This document shows positions 19,367 to 27,427 of a stretch of 64,000 nucleotides of DNA, in pieces. A program made the translations under genes and the position numbers. The notes under the pieces were generated by a model. The model did not search any database, was not told where the DNA came from, and saw nothing but the letters and a program-made list of their open reading frames with translations. The stretch's first letter is position 1; each line of letters begins with the position of its first letter. The stretch lies in assembly GCA_015655215.1 (NCBI GenBank), contig JAATFL010000013.1:371-64370 (forward strand). Direction: 5' to 3'. This DNA comes from Coriobacteriia bacterium (GTDB taxonomy: Bacteria; Actinomycetota; Coriobacteriia; Coriobacteriales; RUG033).

Positions 19367-19658
19367 TTGGTCTCCATTCCTCTTGTTTTCCCAAGGGTTA
19401 TGATAATTATTATATCCGGAACTTTAGTAAATCGCATTTCTTTCTCAAGGATGATTCTTCAAGGATGGGCAGCATGGCGATGTCCACCACAGTGCCTGAC
19501 GCGCGCTGCGGCTACGGGCACCCCCTTCATCCCGATATGAGCGCCATCGAGTCCGAACTGGCCAACACGTGTGGTGTCGAGATCCTCATCAGCGTACATC
19601 CGTTCTCATGCTCACGCCATGACAGGGTGCCGCTCCCGGGGGCTTTCTACTATGCCAG

Positions 19659-21134
19659 CTACTCTTCCTGCTCGATTATATTGAGCAGTTCCTGCTTGCT
19701 TGAGATACCCAGTTTCTTATAGATACTGCGCATGTGCGACTTCACCGTGCCCTGCGAGATGCAAAGCTCGTCTTGGATGTAAGGACCTGAACGGCCACGG
19801 GCAAGGAGGAAGAGCACCTCGGACTCACGAGTCGAAAGCGCATAACGTTCAGCGACGATGGCGCAATGTCCGTGCAACGTCTCCTCACCGCCAAAGCCCG
19901 TGCGCACCTCGATCAGATGGAGCGATTCCTCCCGTGGCTCGATGAAGGCACGTGCGACCGTGATGAGCACGATGGCTCCCACGATGACGTACGAGAAGGG
20001 CAGATGGATGGGGGAGAAGAAGTAGCCATAACCACCACAGCCCAGGCAAAACCCGAGGAAGTTGCCAAGATGCTGGATGAAACGGCATCTCGGTACCACG
20101 ACCATCGAGCCCGTGCTGTTGCGGAATGAGATATCGGAGTAGAGCATCCATGAGAACTGGTCGAGGAAGGTATAGCCTGCCATGGCGATTGCTATCCCAA
20201 TCCATACGGTGCCCTCATCCAACACCATGAGCAGGGCGAGGCCGCATACCATGAGAGGTACCGCAAGGCTATCGATGAACTCGAGCATCGTGACCAGCGA
20301 ACACCGTAGGGCGAGGACGAAGTTAGCGACCAGCGCAACCGTCACCCCCACCATCATCAGCATGGATGCGCCCTTGAACTCGACGGTATCCGGTGTCGCT
20401 ATGAAGCCGAGCATCACTCCGCTTACCAAGGCGAGGCAGAAGATGTAGGCCGGCATCCTGAAGTTCATCGACACAAGCTGTTGGGCCTCGGCCTTGCGAT
20501 AGGACCCGGCCCTTCTCGCACCACCCTTGCTCAAGACGAGGGTGGTGGCGCAACCGAGGGGCAGAAGGCATACGGCGGGTGTGGCGATGATGGGTGGTAG
20601 GCAGGCAAGTAGGTAGAAGACGATGAATGCGAAGACGCCGGATATGACGAGCTGTATCATGCCGCGGCTCGGCCGACTGTTCGCCCAGAACTGTGCACCG
20701 GCAATCATCTGCGTCGCGATTCCGAAGCCGATGGCGACCGTCGAGAGCAGGAGGATGGGGATGGCACTGTAACCTTCGATGGGGACGATGGCAAGCGCGG
20801 TCCCAGCCGAGCTCAGCACTCCCCCGATGACCACGAGGCGTTTGGATATCCTCGTCGTTGGACGGAAGTGCCCCACGATCGCCCAGATAAGATAGCCGCA
20901 GGTGATACCGAATATGAACGAGCATCGAATCGTCTGTATCCTCGCACCGTCCCCTATGAAACCGTAGAGGTTGGAGCCCATCACCGCGCAGAGAAACCAC
21001 GCGTAATAGAAGCCGTGCCCAAAAAGCTCCCAGCTCCTCTCGCGCAGCGAGTGGAGCTTTTCAAGATCCTTATCCTCCCGTATAACGGGACCCCTTTGAT
21101 GCGGCACCGCGTCCAAAACCCTATCTACCATCAT
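19659..21134 (-). CDS. Polytopic-membrane LuxR-family transcriptional regulator
   Basis: The ORF-track start at 21431 would overlap the divergent gene. ATG 21134/21131 follows GAGGA..GGGGGG. N-terminal WELFGHGFYYAWFLCAVMGSNLY motif shared with the regulator at 49255. C-terminal HTH LSTRESEVLFLLARGRSGPYIQDELCISQGTVKSHMRSIYKKLGI. Confidence 0.85.
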   Translation of the reverse strand: MMVDRVLDAVPHQRGPVIREDKDLEKLHSLRERSWELFGHGFYYAWFLCAVMGSNLYGFIGDGARIQTIRCSFIFGITCGYLIWAIVGHFRPTTRISKRLVVIGGVLSSAGTALAIVPIEGYSAIPILLLSTVAIGFGIATQMIAGAQFWANSRPSRGMIQLVISGVFAFIVFYLLACLPPIIATPAVCLLPLGCATTLVLSKGGARRAGSYRKAEAQQLVSMNFRMPAYIFCLALVSGVMLGFIATPDTVEFKGASMLMMVGVTVALVANFVLALRCSLVTMLEFIDSLAVPLMVCGLALLMVLDEGTVWIGIAIAMAGYTFLDQFSWMLYSDISFRNSTGSMVVVPRCRFIQHLGNFLGFCLGCGGYGYFFSPIHLPFSYVIVGAIVLITVARAFIEPREESLHLIEVRTGFGGEETLHGHCAIVAERYALSTRESEVLFLLARGRSGPYIQDELCISQGTVKSHMRSIYKKLGISSKQELLNIIEQEE

Positions 21135-21140
21135 CCCCCC

Positions 21141-21250
21141 AAATCCTCGTCTCATTATGATAGTCGACCCGACAAATCCTTTCGACCCTTTTGGATGATT
21201 TCGGGATAATCCTTCAATCCCCATCTTTTGGAAGGTGCGAATCCTTTCCG
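21141..21250. promoter_or_regulatory. Four phased direct repeats (A)ATCCT(T) at 32-33 bp spacing in the LuxR/reductase divergent intergenic region
   Basis: ATCCT occurs at 21143, 21176, 21209 and 21241. Copies 2 and 4 read AATCCTTTC(C)GA. Copies 2 and 3 are each followed by CTTTTGGA. Confidence 0.3.
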
Positions 21251-21314
21251 AAGCATATAGCTTCGTCGTCGAGGGCGGACACGGGGCCTGCCCGGAAAAC
21301 CATAGGGAGGAAGC

Positions 21315-23015
21315 ATGGATTTGAATCGACGTGGGTTTCTGAAAGGTGCTGCGGGCGTGGGCGCATTGGCCGCGATAGGCGGTCTCGCAGGGTGCGCGAC
21401 GAGTGCGGCGAACGACTCGGCCGAAGGCCAAAACGCAGCGGAGAGCTCCTCGGCCAGTTGGCGCGTCGCACCCGAGCCCATAACCGATATCTCCAGCACC
21501 ATGGAAGCTGACTTCATCATCGTCGGTGCGGGCAATACGGGCATGTGCGCAGCTACGACGGCTATCGAGAATGGAGCAAGCGTGATCGTGCTCGAACAGT
21601 TCGACACGCCTCAGAACTCACGCAGTTGGCTCGGCGCGATCAACTCTTCGTTGCAACGGCAGATGGGTTACACGGCAGACCCCGTCGAGGTGACCAATGA
21701 CATCTGCCGGTACTCCAACTACCTTGGCAACCAGCGTCTCATCAGCCTCTGGGCAAATCGCTCCGGCGAGTTCGTCGACTGGTGGCGCAGCATCATCGAG
21801 CCTCTCGGTGCGGATACGATCCTCGAGACCAAGTGCGATGACTATAAGTACATGAACATACCGACTGCCCACCATCTGGTCGCCGCCCCCAAGAAGCTCG
21901 AGGGCAACCAACTCTACGTCGCCAACGTGCTCCTGCTCCCGTATCTTCAAGGCAAGGGGGTCGATTTCCACTTTACGACGACTGCTGACTACTTGGTCCA
22001 GGAGGATAGCGGCAAGGTCACGGGTGTCATCGGTACCGACGCTGATGGCAAGCACATCCAGTTCAACGCGAAGAAGCTCGTCGTCGTCGCATGCGGTGGG
22101 TTCGCGGGCAACCAGGACATGATGGATGATCTGGTTGAGACGGGTCACCGTTACTGCTCCTTTGGCATGGACATCGTCCGCCCCCTCGGTCGTGGTATGC
22201 AGATGCTGTACTGGGCCGGTGCACAGCTTGCGCCCGTTCAGGAGACGATGATCTTTGACCGTGGCACCGTACCCGATGGCGCCACGGTTGGAGGCATGCC
22301 CTTCCAGGGTGGGATCTGGTATGGCGGATCGCTGCCGTTCTTGCGTGTCAACGTGGAGGGCGAACGGTTCTTCAACGAGGACCAGCTCTATGACTGGAAC
22401 TGGAATGCGGCGATATCGCAGCCCACGCACACGTGGTGGCAGGTCTTCGATGGCAAATTCTACCAGGATGCGACCAAGTTCCAGAACACCCGTTGTGCCC
22501 GTATCGTGTCCGACCCCGATGGTGGGGCTCCCAACACCGCATGGATCGATGGTAAGTCGCCGCTCGACGAGGACTTCATCATGGCACAGCTCAACGACGT
22601 CATAACGACCACGGCAGGCAAGAAGGCCGACACGCTTGATGCCCTGGCCCAGCAGATGGGTGTGGACAAGACGACCTTCCTCGCCACCGTGAAACGCTAT
22701 AACGAACTCGCTGCCTCTGGTGTGGATAACGATTTTGGCAAGGAGGGCTATAGGCTTTCGACGCTTGAACAAGGCCCCTATTATGCGGTTCACTGCGCTG
22801 GTTGGATCCTGTGCACAATCGGTGGTGTCAATACCGATCTCGACTTACACCCCGTCGACGCCGACGGCAATCCCATCGAGGGTCTGATCGCAGCCGGAAA
22901 CGAGGTGGGTAACTTCTACACCACCACGTATCCCGAGACGTACGGGGGCCTCAACATGGGTCGCAACCTGACGCTCGTCTGGTATGCCATCCGTCGTGCG
23001 TTGGGTATCGAGTAG
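21315..23015 (+). CDS. Tat-exported FAD-dependent oxidoreductase, fumarate-reductase/flavocytochrome-c flavoprotein family (predicted lipoprotein)
   Basis: SD AGGGAGGAAGC. NRRGFLKGAAG followed by lipobox LAGC. DFIIVGAGNTG. Confidence 0.9.
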   Translation: MDLNRRGFLKGAAGVGALAAIGGLAGCATSAANDSAEGQNAAESSSASWRVAPEPITDISSTMEADFIIVGAGNTGMCAATTAIENGASVIVLEQFDTPQNSRSWLGAINSSLQRQMGYTADPVEVTNDICRYSNYLGNQRLISLWANRSGEFVDWWRSIIEPLGADTILETKCDDYKYMNIPTAHHLVAAPKKLEGNQLYVANVLLLPYLQGKGVDFHFTTTADYLVQEDSGKVTGVIGTDADGKHIQFNAKKLVVVACGGFAGNQDMMDDLVETGHRYCSFGMDIVRPLGRGMQMLYWAGAQLAPVQETMIFDRGTVPDGATVGGMPFQGGIWYGGSLPFLRVNVEGERFFNEDQLYDWNWNAAISQPTHTWWQVFDGKFYQDATKFQNTRCARIVSDPDGGAPNTAWIDGKSPLDEDFIMAQLNDVITTTAGKKADTLDALAQQMGVDKTTFLATVKRYNELAASGVDNDFGKEGYRLSTLEQGPYYAVHCAGWILCTIGGVNTDLDLHPVDADGNPIEGLIAAGNEVGNFYTTTYPETYGGLNMGRNLTLVWYAIRRALGIE

Positions 23016-23028
23016 ATGGTCTCCATGT

Positions 23029-23058
23029 CAGGTGCGCCCCCCGGAGGGGGCGCACCTG
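23029..23058 (+). terminator. GC-rich perfect 13-bp hairpin (CAGGTGCGCCCCC-CGGA-GGGGGCGCACCTG) 14 nt after the reductase stop
   Basis: Read directly. Tetraloop present, no U-tract. Could act as a terminator or an attenuator before the downstream operon. Confidence 0.5.
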
Positions 23059-23320
23059 GAACCCCTGTGAGGTTGCCGGTCATATCCCGAACCAAGGGTG
23101 GCTCGGACCCCCGCGATCCAGGGTAAGTCGGGATATAACGGCCTCGAGGTGATTTTTCCGTCGCGCGTTCCCCGTGGTATGAGTGCATCCAGGATATCCC
23201 TCCTGTTCCAACACCCTTGTGGCAATCGGGGGGGTCTCCACTGTTTCGCAAAGAGGGCGAACCCGGGTCCGAGCGTGGTTTCTTCGTTCATTGTCTCGGC
23301 ACGTAGCCATGAGTCGATAG

Positions 23321-24496
23321 ATGGGAAAGGAGATAATCGTGGGAGAGGAACTAGCTGATTCTGCAGCATACAGACGACTGGAGGCATCCATCCAGGAACC
23401 TGAGAGCGAGGAGATGCGCGCCTGGAAGGACGCCGGAGGGAAGGTCATCGGATGCTTGTACAACAACATCCCCGAGGAATTGATCGTCGCTGCAGGTTTG
23501 ACGCCCTATCGGATCAGGGCAGTGGGAAGCACCGGGGCCGAGCTTGCCGATTCCCGATTCTCCCAAATCAACTGCAGCCTTGTCCGTCATCTCTACGATT
23601 CGGCGAAACGTGGTCGCTTCGACTTTATCGATGGTCTTGTGGCGGCGAACGACTGCGATCATATGCGGAAGCTCTACGAGAACTGGAAAGCCACGATAGA
23701 CGAGCCCTACTTCTATTTTCTCGGTTTTCCCAAGAAGCATGGGGAGCCGCAGGCTGCTCGCCTCGCAACGATGCTCGGCGATTTCAAGAAGAGCCTCGAA
23801 GGGTCGTTCGGAGTGGAGGTCACCGATGAGAAGCTGCGCGCGGCGATTGACCTCCTCAACGAGATCCGCCAGCTTCAACGGGAATTGCGTGATATGTGCA
23901 CGTCCGATGACCCTCCGATCTCGGGCGCGCAGATGCTCACCGTGGCGATTGCCGGAGACTCGATGCCCAAGAAGGTCTATCGGGATCTGCTGCGTCAACT
24001 TGTCATCGACGTGAGGTGCATGGGCGATGCGACGCGACCTCGCGCACGGCTGGTCATCTATGGCGGGGAGATCGACTCACCGGAGTTGCTGGTTGCCATC
24101 GAGAGCCAAGGTGCATTGGTCGTGGCAGACTCTCTGGGCGGATTTGGTTCACGGAACTGCGCCTGTGATGTTTCGACCACGGGGGATCTGCTCTTCGATC
24201 TGGCCCATTGGCTCGTCGTCGATCGGCCTCATGAACCACGAACCTTCAACACGGCTCCTGAGCGCTATGCGTACGTCGATGGGATTTGCAAAGAGTATGG
24301 TGCTGACGGCGTGGTGCAGGTTCACGTCTCGATGTGCGATCTCTGGTCGTACGACCGCCTTAACTTCGATAGACATGCGGGCATGAGGAACATCCCGTGC
24401 TTGGACTTGGACATCGAATACGTCCTTTCTGGAGAGGGTCAGCTCAAGACGAGAGTCCAGGCGTTCGTCGAAACCATCACTGACAAGGAGCGATAG
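23321..24496 (+). CDS. 2-hydroxyacyl-CoA dehydratase / benzoyl-CoA reductase (HgdB/BcrB-like, HGD-D family) subunit
   Basis: Family-typical blocks KVIGCLYNNIPEELIVAAGLTPYRI, SQINCSLVRH and LVAANDCDHMRKLYENW. The start is ATG 23321 or GTG 23339; the latter lies 7 nt after AAGGAG. Confidence 0.85.
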   Translation: MGKEIIVGEELADSAAYRRLEASIQEPESEEMRAWKDAGGKVIGCLYNNIPEELIVAAGLTPYRIRAVGSTGAELADSRFSQINCSLVRHLYDSAKRGRFDFIDGLVAANDCDHMRKLYENWKATIDEPYFYFLGFPKKHGEPQAARLATMLGDFKKSLEGSFGVEVTDEKLRAAIDLLNEIRQLQRELRDMCTSDDPPISGAQMLTVAIAGDSMPKKVYRDLLRQLVIDVRCMGDATRPRARLVIYGGEIDSPELLVAIESQGALVVADSLGGFGSRNCACDVSTTGDLLFDLAHWLVVDRPHEPRTFNTAPERYAYVDGICKEYGADGVVQVHVSMCDLWSYDRLNFDRHAGMRNIPCLDLDIEYVLSGEGQLKTRVQAFVETITDKER

Positions 24497-24497
24497 C

Positions 24498-25787
24498 ATG
24501 AAAAGGGGACTTGAGCGTTGGTATAGGTACAAGGAGGTATTCTCCGGCGCACTGTCTGCTGAGGAAGCGAAGGGCGAGCAGGCGAACCCGGTGCAACTTG
24601 CGTTCTTGAAGATAGTCGTCGACCACGTGGATCGCATCATCGGGTGCGTCGAGAGCGGCAAACCTCTCGCGTCGATCTGGTACGGCAATGCGCCCGAGAT
24701 ATTCGCCGCTCTGGGAATTGACTGGTACTGTCCCGTCGACATGGTGTTGGCAAGCCAGGCCTTCACGTCAGACCTCGCCGAGGTGCATACGTCGTCCACG
24801 CCCGATGATTCCTGCGGACTTATCCAGCTTGCCGCCCAGGCGGTCGAGAAAGGGTATGTTCCAACTCCCAACTCGATCATAGCGATGTTGGAACCTTGCG
24901 ATGCGCAGACGTCGGTACATGATGCATGGCTCAGCGTCGACGCATGGAGCGATATACCAACCTTCGCGTTGGACTACCCCTATGGGTCGACTCAGGGGGA
25001 CTTCAAGTACTTTGCCGATGAGCTTGGTCGGATGATCGCGTTCCTCGAGGACCTCTACGGCGTGAAGATGGATTGGGACAGGCTGAGGGAGGTTTGCGAG
25101 ACCAGTAACCAGATGTATGCAGCCTGGTCGGACCTTAACGATCTGCTGTGCGCGGTTCCATGCCCCTTGCCACCCATGATATCGGCAGAGTTGGGTTGGA
25201 ACGTCACCCAGCACTTGCTTCCACCTGGGAGTCCTGACGCGATCAACCTCTTCAACCTGCTTTCCGCCGGGGCCCGCCAGGCAGTCGAGGCCGGCATAGG
25301 GGCCGTCCCTCACGAGCAGGTCAGGATACTGTGGGCGGATTTGGATGGGACGTGGGCTGCCAGTATGCTGGCTCCTTGGCTTGCGGAGAAGTACGGTGCG
25401 GTCATCGTGCAGACATTCCAAGGTCATACGCCCTACCTTCCCATCGACACCTCCTCCCCGGAGAGCATGCTGCTCGGCGTGGGGAGGCGGAGTATCAGCG
25501 AGGTCCCGATGATTCGCCAGGCACGTGGTAGCGTGGGGGTGTTCATCGAGGATATCAAATCGATGGTGAACGACTATACGATCGACATGGTCTTCTTCCC
25601 GGGGCACAAAGGGCATAAGGACCAGTCTGCGAACATCGGATTTCTACGGGAAACGTGCCACGATATCGAGGTGCCGCTCTTCGCCTTCACCTGTGACCTG
25701 TTCGATCCCACGTGGGTTCCCATCGACCAGTTGAAGCGCTCCATAGACGAATTCTTCGAGACGCAGGAGATCAGGCCGCTCGGATAA
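24498..25787 (+). CDS. Second 2-hydroxyacyl-CoA dehydratase/benzoyl-CoA reductase-family subunit
   Basis: ATG lies 7 nt after AAGGAG and 1 nt after the upstream stop. Paralogous architecture (SIWYGNAPEIFAALGIDWYCPV, LEPCDAQTS). The C-terminal FFPGHKGHKDQS...FTCDLFD is typical of this family. Confidence 0.85.
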   Translation: MKRGLERWYRYKEVFSGALSAEEAKGEQANPVQLAFLKIVVDHVDRIIGCVESGKPLASIWYGNAPEIFAALGIDWYCPVDMVLASQAFTSDLAEVHTSSTPDDSCGLIQLAAQAVEKGYVPTPNSIIAMLEPCDAQTSVHDAWLSVDAWSDIPTFALDYPYGSTQGDFKYFADELGRMIAFLEDLYGVKMDWDRLREVCETSNQMYAAWSDLNDLLCAVPCPLPPMISAELGWNVTQHLLPPGSPDAINLFNLLSAGARQAVEAGIGAVPHEQVRILWADLDGTWAASMLAPWLAEKYGAVIVQTFQGHTPYLPIDTSSPESMLLGVGRRSISEVPMIRQARGSVGVFIEDIKSMVNDYTIDMVFFPGHKGHKDQSANIGFLRETCHDIEVPLFAFTCDLFDPTWVPIDQLKRSIDEFFETQEIRPLG

Positions 25788-25841
25788 GCGTCACTCCGGA
25801 TGCGGCGCTGCGTACCTGGAATACACGTCGAGAGGGGAGTC

Positions 25842-26681
25842 ATGTATTTTGCTGGGTGTGATCTGGGTTCTACGACGGGGAAGGTGGTCATCCTCGACGA
25901 TGCCGGAGGTGAGGTCTCGATAGCGGGATGGTCGGTCGTCCCGGCAAGCTACCTTCCAGAAGACACGGCCGGTGCCGCTTTCGACGATGTCCTGCACCGG
26001 TGCTCGCTCGACTCCCTCGATGACCTCACCGCGACCTGCTGTACAGGTTACGGCCGCGCGAGCGTGAGCTATATCTCTGATAACGTATCAGAGATCACTT
26101 GTCATGCCCGGGGCGCACGCTGGGCCCATCCTGGCGCCCGGACGATAATCGACATCGGTGGGCAAGACGTGAAGGCGGTGGTGCTGAGCGGTACGGGGAA
26201 GGTGCTCGATTTCGCGATGAACGACAAGTGCGCCGCGGGGACGGGAAAGTTCTTCGAAGTCATGGCAAACACCCTTTGCTGCAGCTTGCCGGAGCTCGGG
26301 GAGCTTGCACGAAGGGCCGGCGCATGCGCGCACATGACGAGTCAGTGTAGCGTTTTCGCCGAAAGCGAGGTCATCGCCTATATGAACCAAGGCACCGCCC
26401 GTGAGGATATAGCTGCAGGCATTCACGAGTCGATCGCTCGAAGGCTTTTCTCAATGGCCGAGAGGGTGGGTTATCGTGAGGATGTCGTCTTAACGGGTGG
26501 GTGCGCCAAGAACGAGGCGCTTCGCGTTGCCCTCGAAGGTCTCCTCGGATGCTTGTTGGTACGTCTTCCGATCGATCCCCAGATAGTCGGTGCCCTCGGT
26601 GCCGCCCTCTTCGCGAGAGAGCACCACGCATCCGCCGCAAGAAGATCGGATGCCCCCACGCGATCGACAGGAAGGGCATGA
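25842..26681 (+). CDS. HgdC/BcrAD/BadFG-type ATP-dependent [4Fe-4S] activase
   Basis: ATG 25842 follows gagaggggag. ASKHA N-terminus FAGCDLGSTTGKVVILD. DIGGQD. Cluster-bridging Cys motifs NDKCAAGTGKF and SQCSVFAESEV. Confidence 0.9.
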   Translation: MYFAGCDLGSTTGKVVILDDAGGEVSIAGWSVVPASYLPEDTAGAAFDDVLHRCSLDSLDDLTATCCTGYGRASVSYISDNVSEITCHARGARWAHPGARTIIDIGGQDVKAVVLSGTGKVLDFAMNDKCAAGTGKFFEVMANTLCCSLPELGELARRAGACAHMTSQCSVFAESEVIAYMNQGTAREDIAAGIHESIARRLFSMAERVGYREDVVLTGGCAKNEALRVALEGLLGCLLVRLPIDPQIVGALGAALFAREHHASAARRSDAPTRSTGRA

Positions 26682-26682
26682 G

Positions 26683-27423
26683 ATGCAGATGACGGCCTTC
26701 GACGATCTGATCGGGAGGGTTTGCGGGTATACCGCGGAATGCGGCGAGGCACGTGCCTCGCATATCGGAGCTTCTGAGCGAATAACGTCGATCCCGAAGG
26801 TGTGTGGCGGAGTCGTCCTCAGGTCTCAGATGCACTGTGAACTTGGAGGGCCCTCGGAACATTCGTGTGGCTATTGCCTGCCCACGGCGAGCAGCAAGGG
26901 ATTCGAGGATGGGCGCGTGCGCGTGCTGGGCATGGGGTGTGGTGAGATGCCAAAAGGCGCCTGCGTGCCGTTCGCTCAGGTGCTGCTGCTTGCCGGCGAG
27001 GGCCTTGACGACTCCAACTTTCAAAAGCTCGTCGACTCCCAGCATGCGAGGTCGCTCGTACCCGGTTACATGATGAGGTCGTATCCGGGCAAGATGTGGG
27101 GGAGAGTCTCCGTCCAGGCCGTCCAGGCGGGATTTGATTTCGAGACGCTCGGCGCCGCTTTGAGGGAGCACGTTACCAAGGTGGTTCCCGAAGTCGAACT
27201 GTTCGAGGCGATCTTCGCAACAAGAGCAGCTGACGTGAAGTTTCTCGAAGGTCTTTCAAGCGAATATCTCGGAATCACCCATGACCTGAAGAAGAAGCTG
27301 TGGGGTGTGAAGGGCATCGACATCGACTGTCCCTTCGGCGGGCACTGTGGTGCCTGTTCCCGCAAGGACACCTGCGACGAGATACGGCATTTGAGTGCTT
27401 TGAGGAAAGTGGAAGGTGAGTGA
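26683..27423 (+). CDS. Cys-rich protein resembling the N-terminal/middle part of acetyl-CoA synthase (AcsB/CdhC), truncated before the Ni-binding domain
   Basis: ATG 26683 follows AGGAAGGG, 1 nt after the activase stop. Blocks CELGGP, EDGRVRVLGMG..MPKG..VPF and WGRVSVQAVQAGFDFETLGAAL match ACS blocks as I recall them. C-terminal C-x5-C-x2-C-x5-C. Being a real gene: high confidence. Family assignment: moderate, from memory only. Confidence 0.65.
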   Translation: MQMTAFDDLIGRVCGYTAECGEARASHIGASERITSIPKVCGGVVLRSQMHCELGGPSEHSCGYCLPTASSKGFEDGRVRVLGMGCGEMPKGACVPFAQVLLLAGEGLDDSNFQKLVDSQHARSLVPGYMMRSYPGKMWGRVSVQAVQAGFDFETLGAALREHVTKVVPEVELFEAIFATRAADVKFLEGLSSEYLGITHDLKKKLWGVKGIDIDCPFGGHCGACSRKDTCDEIRHLSALRKVEGE

Positions 27424-27427
27424 GTCC

